Source: Deltaproteobacteria bacterium RIFCSPLOWO2_02_FULL_57_26 (lineage in GTDB: Bacteria > Desulfobacterota > Binatia > UBA9968). From it: a stretch of 48,571 nucleotides of DNA. Within the stretch, counting starts at the first letter, position 1. Every line of letters begins with the position of its first letter. The translations under genes and the position numbers were made by a program. The notes under the pieces were generated by a model, which did no database searches, had not been told where the DNA came from, and saw only the letters and a list, made by a program, of their open reading frames with translations. Location of the stretch: the NCBI GenBank assembly GCA_001798455.1, contig MGSI01000019.1:1-48571 (forward strand), in the 5' to 3' direction. This document shows, one piece after another, positions 32,498 to 40,466 of this stretch.

Positions 32498-32650
32498 TTA
32501 TAACTTGACCTCTCGGTGCAGGGTGTGGGTCCGGCAGAAGGGACAAAATTTCTTCAAGGCTAGCTTGTCTGTAGTCCTCTTTCTGTTCTTGGTCGTCGTA
32601 TAGTTCTTCCGCTTACACTGATCACAGGCAAACCCTATGAGTTCCCGCAT
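32498..32650 (-). CDS. rpmG: 50S ribosomal protein L33 (bL33), zinc-binding form
   Basis: Below the ORF-track cutoff, so translated by hand: MRELIGFACDQCKRKNYTTTKNRKRTTDKLALKKFCPFCRTHTLHREVKL*. Confidence 0.92.
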   Translation of the reverse strand: MRELIGFACDQCKRKNYTTTKNRKRTTDKLALKKFCPFCRTHTLHREVKL

Positions 32651-32671
32651 GGCTTGTCCCCCAGATTCCCG

Positions 32672-33871
32672 CTATTGAATAATCTTCGTAACCACCCCTG
32701 CCCCAACCGTCCGGCCGCCCTCCCGGATGGCGAACCTTACCCCTTCTTCCATGGCGATCGGGGTGATCAGCGAAATTTCTATGGTCACGTTGTCGCCGGG
32801 CATGACCATCTCGGTCCCTTCGGGCAGTTTCACCACGCCGGTCACATCCGTTGTGCGAAAATAAAATTGCGGACGGTACCCGTTAAAGAAGGGGGTATGC
32901 CTACCACCCTCCTCCTTGGTCAGCACATAGGCCTCGGCGTTGCATTGCGTGTGGGGGGTAATGCTCCCCGGCTTGGCGAGGACTTGGCCCCTTTCTACTT
33001 CTTCTCGCTTGGTCCCCCTGAGCAGGACCCCGATGTTGTCTCCGGCGCGCCCCTCGTCCAGAAGCTTGCGGAACATCTCCACGCCGGTCGCGACGGTCTT
33101 CTGGGTCGCCTTGAAGCCCACGATCTCCACCTCCTCGCCCACCTTGACAATGCCGCGCTCGACCCTCCCCGTCACCACGGTACCGCGACCACTGATGGTA
33201 AACACATCCTCCACAGGCATGAGGAAGGGCTTATCCACGTCGCGCACAGGCTCCTTAATATAGCTATCTACCGCCGCCATCAGCTTCAAAATAGGGCCGC
33301 AGTGGGGACAATCGTCCTTGGCACAGCCGCACTCCAAAGCTTTGACGGCGCTACCGATGACCACTGGCACGTCATCGCCCGGAAACTGATATTTCGAAAG
33401 CAGCTCTCTGACCTCAAGCTCGACCAATTCCAACAGCTCTTTGTCGTCCACCATGTCGGCTTTATTGAGAAAGACCACCATCGCAGGGACACCCACCTGC
33501 CGCGCCAGCAGGATATGCTCGCGGGTCTGAGGCATGGGGCCATCCGCCGCCGAGACCACCAAGATGGCGCCGTCCATCTGCGCCGCACCGGTGATCATGT
33601 TTTTGACATAGTCAGCGTGGCCCGGACAATCGACATGGGCGTAATGGCGATTCGGCGTCTCATATTCCACATGAGCGATGTTGATCGTGAGACCCCGTTC
33701 TTTTTCCTCCGGCGCCTTATCGATCTGATCGTAGGCCATAAATTTGGCCATACCCTTTTTTTCCAGAATTTTAGTGATACAGGCGGTCAGGGTGGTTTTA
33801 CCGTGATCCACGTGTCCGATCGTCCCAATATTCAGGTGGGGTTTTTTCCGTTCAAATTTCTGCTTGCTCAT
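32672..33871 (-). CDS. tuf: translation elongation factor Tu
   Basis: 399 aa: [30 protein letters not shown]... AGGAGGA lies upstream. The only tuf copy in the window. Confidence 0.98.
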   Translation of the reverse strand: MSKQKFERKKPHLNIGTIGHVDHGKTTLTACITKILEKKGMAKFMAYDQIDKAPEEKERGLTINIAHVEYETPNRHYAHVDCPGHADYVKNMITGAAQMDGAILVVSAADGPMPQTREHILLARQVGVPAMVVFLNKADMVDDKELLELVELEVRELLSKYQFPGDDVPVVIGSAVKALECGCAKDDCPHCGPILKLMAAVDSYIKEPVRDVDKPFLMPVEDVFTISGRGTVVTGRVERGIVKVGEEVEIVGFKATQKTVATGVEMFRKLLDEGRAGDNIGVLLRGTKREEVERGQVLAKPGSITPHTQCNAEAYVLTKEEGGRHTPFFNGYRPQFYFRTTDVTGVVKLPEGTEMVMPGDNVTIEISLITPIAMEEGVRFAIREGGRTVGAGVVTKIIQ

Positions 33872-33958
33872 CTCGTCCTCCTATTCATTTCCGTTCCCCA
33901 TTCGCACAATCGCGTCGTTGCCCGTTCAAAACTTTCCGTTCGCGACCTCCCAGGCGAA

Positions 33959-34031
33959 AGCCCAGGAGCGGGATCGAACCGCCGACCTCGTCCTTACCAA
34001 GGACGTGCTCTACCGACTGAGCTACCTGGGC
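33959..34031 (-). tRNA. tRNA-Thr (anticodon GGT), no encoded CCA
   Basis: GCCCAGG/CCTGGGC acceptor, anticodon loop TTGGTAA, T-loop GGTTCGATCC. Confidence 0.92.
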
Positions 34032-34050
34032 ATCTTGAGCCCTTGCAAAG

Positions 34051-34126
34051 TGGAGCGGGAAACGGGACTCGAACCCGCGACCCCGAGCTTGGAAGGCTCG
34101 CGCTCTACCAACTGAGCTATTCCCGC
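34051..34126 (-). tRNA. tRNA-Gly (anticodon TCC), CCA encoded
   Basis: GCGGGAA/TTCCCGC acceptor, anticodon loop CTTCCAA. Confidence 0.92.
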
Positions 34127-34130
34127 ATCT

Positions 34131-34216
<86 letters not shown>

Positions 34217-34304
34217 TCCTCTACCCCTAGACCCCATCCGCACACTGTCCAGGGACAAACCTTAGCGCTTTATTCAATGGAGACAGCCTGAACCGATCTC
34301 TTTT

Positions 34305-34379
34305 TGGAGCTGGCGATAGGACTTGAACCTACAACCTGCTGATTACAAATCAGCTGCTCTGCCGTTGAGCTACGCCAGC
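34305..34379 (-). tRNA. tRNA-Thr (anticodon TGT), CCA encoded
   Basis: GCTGGCG/CGCCAGC acceptor, anticodon loop TTTGTAA. Confidence 0.92.
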
Positions 34380-34543
34380 CTCGACCCTGACGTCAACTCT
34401 CCCACGCCCGCACGCAAGAATTCTCTTCCCCGCCCGCTAATCCTGGCAATAAAGATGCACGGAAAAAATTAGGGCCTAGCTTTTCAACCTTTTTGGTGAA
34501 TGACAGCTAATAGAATAGAGAACCCAATGATTATAAACTGCTA

Positions 34544-34572
34544 TTTAAAACACCTTTGTCTCCCCTTGTCAA
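34544..34572 (-). promoter_or_regulatory. candidate promoter for the tRNA-tuf transcription unit
   Basis: Minus strand reads TTGACA (34572-34567), 17-nt spacer, TTTAAA (34549-34544). A perfect TATAAT also lies at 34535-34530, but without a good -35. Start site not determinable from sequence. Confidence 0.3.
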
Positions 34573-34577
34573 CAGCC

Positions 34578-35375
34578 TCAACTCGCCTCCCGCCCGACGC
34601 TCCCGAAAGCTCCGATCCGCGGTTCTTGCTCCTTTTGGCGCAGCAGCTCATAGAGGAAGATGCCGCCGGCGACCGCAACGTTTAGGGACTCCACTTTTCC
34701 ACGCATGGGGAGCGAAACCAAAAAGTCACATTCCTGCCGGATCATAGGCCGCAACCCCGACCCCTCGGACCCCAGGACCACTGCGAGCTTTTCGGGATAG
34801 ATTCTTTGGTAGGCCCCCTCCTTTGCGCCGGCATCCAAACCGACCGCCCAGTAACCTTTTTTTTTGAGCGCCCCAATCGCCCGTCTGAGATTGGGAACCC
34901 GGTAGATCTTCAAATGGTGAACAGCGCCCGCCGAGGTCTTGGCCACCACCGGCGTCACGCCCACCGACCGATCCTTGGGGATCACGACTTGCTGAATTCC
35001 CACCCCTTCCGCGCACCGCAACACCGCACCGAAATTGCGTGGGTCATTGAGGCCGTCTAATAGCAAAACCCAATGGTGTCCGGGCGACGCTGGGAGGTCG
35101 CCGAGGAGGTCGGCAAAATCGCAGTAAGGATACGGTGCCACCCGAGCGACCACCCCCTGATGGTTCCGCCCCTCAGCCAGTGTGTCCAGCCGCCCTGCCT
35201 CCACATAACGGACCGAGAGGCCGCGGCGCCGTGCCTCCTGATCGATAGAGCGCAAGGAGGCGCTCCTCCTCTCCGTAACGAGCATCACTTCCCATACCTC
35301 AGCAGGCGAGGCCCTGAGTTTTTCCAAAACCGGATTGATCCCAAACAGGAGAACAGGTTTTCGTTCGGTCTGCAT
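34578..35375 (-). CDS. rlmB: SpoU/TrmH-family RNA 2'-O-methyltransferase, RlmB-like
   Basis: 265 aa. N-terminal L30e-like substrate-binding region, then SpoU motifs: DGLNDPRNFGAVLRCAEGVG, VLGSEGSGLRP, SLNVAVAGGIFLYE. Confidence 0.75.
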   Translation of the reverse strand: MQTERKPVLLFGINPVLEKLRASPAEVWEVMLVTERRSASLRSIDQEARRRGLSVRYVEAGRLDTLAEGRNHQGVVARVAPYPYCDFADLLGDLPASPGHHWVLLLDGLNDPRNFGAVLRCAEGVGIQQVVIPKDRSVGVTPVVAKTSAGAVHHLKIYRVPNLRRAIGALKKKGYWAVGLDAGAKEGAYQRIYPEKLAVVLGSEGSGLRPMIRQECDFLVSLPMRGKVESLNVAVAGGIFLYELLRQKEQEPRIGAFGSVGREAS

Positions 35376-35442
35376 ATCAGGGGTCGCCGTTATTTTGGGA
35401 ACATTTTACAAAAACCGAAGCACCGGATAACATGTTGTCGTT

Positions 35443-36636
35443 GTGAAGAGAACCTTAGAGAGATACATCCTCTCCGAGATCTTGCCGCCGTTCCTGATCG
35501 GGCTCCTGGCCTTCACCGTGATTCTGCTGACCGCCCGCATACTCAGGCTTGTCGAGCTGGTCGTCACCCGCGGCCTCCCGCTGCTCCGGATCATGAAGCT
35601 GCTTGGCCTGATCCTGCCCACCTTCTTGGAATTGACCCTGCCCATGGCGCTCCTGCTGGGAATTTTTTTGGGCCTCACCAGGCTCTCAAACGATCAAGAG
35701 ATCCTCGCGTTGAAGGCATCGGGAATCAGCCCTTTTTATATGCTTCGACCGGTCGGCCTGCTCGCCGTGTTGGTCTCGCTGATCACCTTTCTCACGGCCG
35801 CCTGGCTGCGACCCCACGCCCTTCTCGCCGTAAAAAAAGAACTCTACGACATTGCCAAAACCCACATCGCCTCCGGACTTAAAGAAAGAGTCTTCAACGA
35901 CGACTTTCCCAACGTTCTCATCTATGTCGAAGAGCTAGTACCACCGGGAAACTCTTCCCAGGGAGTGCTCATTGTGGATCGGCGCAATCCTGCAAGGGAA
36001 ATGATTATCTTCGCCAAGGTCGCGCTGATCCTTCCCGACGAGGAATCCAAGACCGTCAGCCTGAAGCTCCTGGACGGGATGGTTTACGAACGCGAACGGA
36101 ATCGGCCCGGATTCAGCCAGACCCACTTTAACATCTACCATTTTAAGCTCGACCTTGAGGAGGCGTTTAGCCCCACTCAAAAAAAAGAGCGGGGACCTCG
36201 GGAGATGTCGCTGCGTCGACTGGTCAAAACCATCTTTTTGAAGCGAGAACAAGGCCTCCAACCCAACGACGAGATCGTAGAGTATCATCAGAGGCTCTCT
36301 TTGGCTCTGGCCCCGCTGGTGTTGAGTCTGCTCGGGCTCTCCTTCGTCCTGATGCCGACGCGCGCACGCGCCACTCGATCCTGGGGGCTCTCGGTCTGCC
36401 TCTTCTGGTTTCTCGCCTACTACGCCCTGCTCTCCCTGGGAAAGGCGCTCGCCGAACGGCAAATCTTGCCCCCCGCCCCCGCCCTCTGGCTCCCCACCGT
36501 AGTTTTGGGTCTCATGGCCGCACATTTCTTTCGCAAGGCGGTTAAGGAATCCCCTCTGCGATTCCTCACGCAAGTGGAAAGCCTGTTCTCCGCCTGGCTG
36601 CGAAGGCTTGCAGGCTTCAAGCAAAGGGCTCCTTGA
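35443..36636 (+). CDS. lptF: LPS export ABC transporter permease LptF (YjgP/YjgQ family)
   Basis: 397 aa, GTG start: MKRTLERYILSEILPPFLIGLLAFTVILL... 6-TM pattern with a large periplasmic loop. Paired with a second YjgP/YjgQ gene. Confidence 0.85.
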   Translation: MKRTLERYILSEILPPFLIGLLAFTVILLTARILRLVELVVTRGLPLLRIMKLLGLILPTFLELTLPMALLLGIFLGLTRLSNDQEILALKASGISPFYMLRPVGLLAVLVSLITFLTAAWLRPHALLAVKKELYDIAKTHIASGLKERVFNDDFPNVLIYVEELVPPGNSSQGVLIVDRRNPAREMIIFAKVALILPDEESKTVSLKLLDGMVYERERNRPGFSQTHFNIYHFKLDLEEAFSPTQKKERGPREMSLRRLVKTIFLKREQGLQPNDEIVEYHQRLSLALAPLVLSLLGLSFVLMPTRARATRSWGLSVCLFWFLAYYALLSLGKALAERQILPPAPALWLPTVVLGLMAAHFFRKAVKESPLRFLTQVESLFSAWLRRLAGFKQRAP

Positions 36637-37757
36637 GGCAACCCAACTTGAAAAAAGCCGATCTGCTTGTGTCGTTTCCGCTGGGAAGCCTGCTCGACCG
36701 GTATCTGATCGCCGGGTTTCTCAAGATTTTTGCCCTCAGTCTCCTGTGCCTCACCGCTCTTTACCTGGTCGTAGACTTTTTTGACCGCATCGAAAACCTT
36801 TTAAAGGCAGGGGCCCCGCTATGGACCTCGCTCCGATACTTTCTCTACAAGCTTCCGCTGCTGATCTCCCGTGTCGTGGGCTTTGCGGCGTTGTTCTCCA
36901 CGCTTTTCTTTCTCGGGACCTTGTCACGGAATCAGGAAATTACGGCCATGCGCTCTAGCGGCCTGAGCCTGCGCCGGATCTCGCTACCGCTCCTTTTGTG
37001 CTCGCTCTTTCTCGCTTTGCTTGTCTTTTTCTGCAACGAAGCCTTAGTCCCCATCTTTACTCGCAAGGCCCAAGACATCTACAAAACGGAGGTCAGAAAA
37101 AAACCCCTCCGGAGCGTGCTCGGGACGGAGGACTTCTGGATCCCGGGAGCGGGCAGTTTCATCCGCGTGGATCACTTTGATACCAGGGAAAACACTCTCA
37201 AAGGCGTCTCCGTTTTTCTGCTCCATCGCGACTTCAGCCTAAGCGGCCTTATCGAGGCTCCCACGGCGCGCTGGAATGGCGCGCGCTGGGAGGCCAAGGA
37301 AGCCACGGAGTGGACATTCCTGCCGAATGGACAGATGAGGCGGCGCAGACTGGATGTGTCCGTACCCCTTTCGGAGACGCCCGAGGATCTCAAGCTCTTC
37401 ATTCGGGAGCCCGAAGAATTCAGCCTCTTCGAGCTCAGGAAACAGATTGCCGACCTCAGGGGAAAGGGCATCGACACCAAAGAATACGAAGTCGATCTGC
37501 AGATAAAATTCGCCCTGCCGCTGCTCTCTCCCCTGCTGGTTCTTTTGGGCATCCCCTTCGCCCTCAAACACGGTCCCAGCGGAGGCATGGCCCTGAGCTT
37601 CGGAATCAGCCTCTTGGTGGGCTTGGGTTACTGGTTTTTGACGGCCTTCTCCGTCTCCCTCGGTCATAGTGGAGCGGTGAACCCGTGGATTGCGGCCTGG
37701 GTGCCCAACCTAACCCTGGCCCTAATCGGATTTTTCTTCTCCCTTGCCGAGGATTAG
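36633..37757 (+). CDS. lptG: LPS export ABC transporter permease LptG (YjgP/YjgQ family)
   Basis: 374 aa: ...LLDRYLIAGFLKIFALSLLCL... TTGA overlap with the lptF stop. Exact start uncertain. Confidence 0.8.
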   Translation: MRQPNLKKADLLVSFPLGSLLDRYLIAGFLKIFALSLLCLTALYLVVDFFDRIENLLKAGAPLWTSLRYFLYKLPLLISRVVGFAALFSTLFFLGTLSRNQEITAMRSSGLSLRRISLPLLLCSLFLALLVFFCNEALVPIFTRKAQDIYKTEVRKKPLRSVLGTEDFWIPGAGSFIRVDHFDTRENTLKGVSVFLLHRDFSLSGLIEAPTARWNGARWEAKEATEWTFLPNGQMRRRRLDVSVPLSETPEDLKLFIREPEEFSLFELRKQIADLRGKGIDTKEYEVDLQIKFALPLLSPLLVLLGIPFALKHGPSGGMALSFGISLLVGLGYWFLTAFSVSLGHSGAVNPWIAAWVPNLTLALIGFFFSLAED

Positions 37758-37764
37758 CTAGCGC

Positions 37765-38841
37765 TTAAGGGACCAAAGCCGTCCCCCCCAAACCTTCGAT
37801 CTCAGGCCAACCGAACATGAGATTCATATTTTGCACGGCTTGGCCGGCCGCCCCTTTGACCAAATTGTCGAGCGCCGTGATCACCACAAGACGTTTGGCG
37901 TGGGGGTCATAGCGAAACCCAATGACGCAGTCGTTGGAGCCTCTGACCTCTTTGGTCTCGGGGAAGACCCCATAGGGCAAGACGCGCACGAAAGGGTCCT
38001 GATGGTAAAAGGACTCGTAGAGCTCGGCCAGTTTCGCCTCCGAGAGCGGCTTTTTGAGCTCCACGTACATCGTCGACAAAATACCCCGGTTCATGGGAAC
38101 CAAGTGAGGGGCGAAAAGGACCGCAACCGATCGCCGAGCGATCTGGCTCAGCTCTTGCTCGATTTCAGGGGCATGGCGATGTACTCCGACGCTGTAGGCT
38201 TTGAAGTTCTCATTGACCTCACTAAAGGAAAGCTCCACGGCGCTGCTCCTGCCTGCCCCAGTGACTCCTGATTTGGCGTCGATCAGGACCGTTCCCCGAA
38301 CCACTCTGGCGGCAAAAACGGGGGCCAATCCAAGGACGGCCCCCGTGGGATAGCAACCGGGATTGGCCACAAGACGAGCCTTGGCGATGGCCCTGCGGTG
38401 AATCTCTGTTAGACCGTAGACCGCCCGCCGCAAAAGATGGGGGGCCTTGTGTGGGCTATACCACTGGCGATAGAGCTCCGGATCGTGAAGGCGAAAATCG
38501 GCGCTGAGATCAATCACCCTCGTGCCCTGCTCCACGAGCCGGGCCACGGCATCCATGGACGTTTTATGGGGAAGGGCGGCGAACGCAAGCTCGCACCGCG
38601 AGGCCACCTTCTCGACCTGGATGTCTTCTAAGAAGAGTTCGCACTTGCCCGCAAGGGAATGATGGATCTCGCTGATCCGCTTCCCCGCAAATTGCTGGGA
38701 GGTGACCACGGCAACTCTCACTCGCGGATGTTGCAGGAGGATCCGGAGCAGCTCGATCCCGGTATAACCCGTAGCCCCAAGCACCGCCACGCGCAGACCG
38801 GCGCGTCTAGCTCGGGAAGCTGTCTGAGCTGAATATTTCAA
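37765..38841 (-). CDS. argC: N-acetyl-gamma-glutamyl-phosphate reductase
   Basis: 358 aa: ...[23 protein letters not shown]...ANPGCYPTG (active-site Cys). The TTG start overlapping the rpsI stop is uncertain; GTG codons 17-19 codons downstream are alternatives. Confidence 0.9.
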   Translation of the reverse strand: MKYSAQTASRARRAGLRVAVLGATGYTGIELLRILLQHPRVRVAVVTSQQFAGKRISEIHHSLAGKCELFLEDIQVEKVASRCELAFAALPHKTSMDAVARLVEQGTRVIDLSADFRLHDPELYRQWYSPHKAPHLLRRAVYGLTEIHRRAIAKARLVANPGCYPTGAVLGLAPVFAARVVRGTVLIDAKSGVTGAGRSSAVELSFSEVNENFKAYSVGVHRHAPEIEQELSQIARRSVAVLFAPHLVPMNRGILSTMYVELKKPLSEAKLAELYESFYHQDPFVRVLPYGVFPETKEVRGSNDCVIGFRYDPHAKRLVVITALDNLVKGAAGQAVQNMNLMFGWPEIEGLGGTALVP

Positions 38842-39230
38842 CGCTTTGAGTACTGGGGCCGCTTGCGCGCCTTGTGCCGGCCGTATTTTTTCCGCTCCAC
38901 CGCGCGCGGGTCGCGTGTGACGAAGCCGGCTTTCTTCAGCGGGGAGCGAAATTCGGGGCTAGCCTGAATGAGGGCGCGGGTAATGCCGTGGCGTATGGCG
39001 CCTGCCTGGCCTGAGATGCCCCCTCCGGTCACGTTCACTTCGGTATCAAAATGGCCCGCGGTCTGCGTCACCTCAAAGGGTTGAAGCACGATCATGCGGG
39101 CCGTCTCACGGCCAAAATACTCCTCCAAAGCCCGATCGTTGATGAGCACATTGCCCTTTCCCTCTTTCAGGTAGACACGCGCTACCGAGGTCTTTCTCCG
39201 CCCGGTGGCATAAAATACCTTGTCCGGCAT
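38838..39230 (-). CDS. rpsI: 30S ribosomal protein S9 (uS9)
   Basis: 130 aa: ...[20 protein letters not shown]...ends ...[11 protein letters not shown]. Confidence 0.97.
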   Translation of the reverse strand: MPDKVFYATGRRKTSVARVYLKEGKGNVLINDRALEEYFGRETARMIVLQPFEVTQTAGHFDTEVNVTGGGISGQAGAIRHGITRALIQASPEFRSPLKKAGFVTRDPRAVERKKYGRHKARKRPQYSKR

Positions 39231-39240
39231 GTCTGAACTC

Positions 39241-39675
39241 CTACAAACTCAGCGGTTGAGGTTTTTGCGCTTGGTGGGGATGATCGGGGCCGGAATAAAC
39301 CTTTAATTTGGTAACAAGCCTTCTCCCCAAACGGTTCCGGGGCAGCATCCCCTTCACCGCCGCCCGAATAAGGGTTTCGGGCTTCTTCTCCAGCAGCTTG
39401 CCGGCAGCCGTCTCCCGAATGCCTCCGGGATATTCGGTATGCCGGTAATAAATCTTCTGCTCGAGTTTCCTACCCGTAAGCTTGACCCTGCGCGCGTTGA
39501 TGACAATAACAAAGTCCCCCCCATCCACATGGGCAGTAAAGCCGGGCTTGTGCTTCCCGCGCAGGATCTTTGCCACCGCGCTGGCCAGCCGCCCCAACAC
39601 CTTACCGTACGCATCCACCACATACCACTGCCGCTGGGAGAGGGCTTCCTTGGATTTCATCTGATACGTCTTCAC
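39241..39675 (-). CDS. rplM: 50S ribosomal protein L13 (uL13)
   Basis: 144 aa, GTG start: ...[30 protein letters not shown]... An ATG 5 codons downstream is an alternative start. Confidence 0.95.
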   Translation of the reverse strand: MKTYQMKSKEALSQRQWYVVDAYGKVLGRLASAVAKILRGKHKPGFTAHVDGGDFVIVINARRVKLTGRKLEQKIYYRHTEYPGGIRETAAGKLLEKKPETLIRAAVKGMLPRNRLGRRLVTKLKVYSGPDHPHQAQKPQPLSL

Positions 39676-39731
39676 ACCGATCTCGATATCCCGCTCTGCT
39701 AGCAGCTCGAAGCACCTGCCAGCCCTGAAAT

Positions 39732-39808
<77 letters not shown>

Positions 39809-39809
39809 G

Positions 39810-39844
39810 TCTTAGCTAATAGCAAACAGCCTATAGTTACTAGT
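39810..39844. repeat. 7-nt phased array (NNNTAGY x5) in the tRNA-Val/tRNA-Asp spacer
   Basis: TCTTAGC TAATAGC AAACAGC CTATAGT TACTAGT. AATAGCAAACAG (39818-39829) is identical to 5800-5811. Confidence 0.8.
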
Positions 39845-39879
39845 GCTCCGTCCCACCGCCCAAAATTTCTGCTCCCCCT

Positions 39880-39914
39880 GTACTCACCAATTACTATTCA
39901 CCATTCGCTAATTC
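39880..39914. repeat. 7-nt phased array in the tRNA-Val/tRNA-Asp spacer
   Basis: GTACTCA CCAATTA CTATTCA CCATTCG CTAATTC. CTATTCACCATTCGCTA matches 5644-5660 at 16 of 17 positions. Confidence 0.8.
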
Positions 39915-39916
39915 AG

Positions 39917-39988
39917 TGGGCGGTACAGGATTTGAACCTGTGACCCCCGGCTTGTAAGGCCGATGCTCTCCCGCTGAGCTAACCGCCC
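39917..39988 (-). tRNA. tRNA-Val (anticodon TAC), no encoded CCA
   Basis: GGGCGGT/ACCGCCC acceptor, anticodon loop CTTACAA. 72 nt. Confidence 0.9.
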
Positions 39989-40087
39989 CTTCGGCCGAAA
40001 ACACCAGCCTCCTAACCCTCACTTGAGACTAACCCCGACCCCTCTCGTCTCAAGTTCTCGTCCGTTCTCAAACGAAGTAGATTGAGT

Positions 40088-40360
40088 TTAGCTGAGGGAC
40101 TCTTTCAGGGTTTTGCCCGCCTTAAACTTAGCGGCTCGGGAGGAGGCAATCTGAATGGCCTCTCCGGTCTTGGGGTTTCTCCCCGTCCTGGCCTTACGAT
40201 GGGAAACCGAAAAAGTTCCGAATCCAGAGATGTTGACCTTTTCGCCGTTCTTCAAGGCGGCGATGATGTCGTCAAAGAGGCTATTGACGATCTCTTCAGC
40301 CTTCTCCTTAGGAATCTCGGTCTTGTTCGCCACCGAGTCGACCAAATCCGCCTTTGTCAT
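40088..40360 (-). CDS. hup: HU-family nucleoid-associated DNA-binding protein
   Basis: 90 aa: MTKADLVDSVANKT...GFGTFSVSHRKARTGRNPKTGEAIQIASSRAAKFKAGK. Position after lon, as in tig-clpPX-lon-hupB clusters. Confidence 0.95.
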   Translation of the reverse strand: MTKADLVDSVANKTEIPKEKAEEIVNSLFDDIIAALKNGEKVNISGFGTFSVSHRKARTGRNPKTGEAIQIASSRAAKFKAGKTLKESLS

Positions 40361-40404
40361 GACTCTAGTTCATCCCACCGAGCTTACTCGCAGGGCAAAG
40401 ATTC

Positions 40405-40434
40405 TTTATAATCACAGGCCGGCCCCGGTGTCAA
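40405..40434 (-). promoter_or_regulatory. candidate sigma70-type promoter for hup
   Basis: Minus strand reads TTGACA (40434-40429), 18-nt spacer, TATAAA (40410-40405). It lies 45 nt upstream of the hup ATG. Confidence 0.45.
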
Positions 40435-40466
40435 TCATCCGGACCCCGTTTTATCGGGTACCCGAC

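Noticed and set aside
35935-36624. 229-aa minus-strand ORF antisense to lptF
   Set aside because: Gly/Glu/Gln-rich low-complexity translation, entirely inside the lptF membrane-protein frame.
40022-40054. 8-bp inverted repeat CTTGAGAC…GTCTCAAG downstream of hup as a terminator
   Set aside because: The loop is 17 nt and no U-tract follows on the minus strand, so it is too weak to call.
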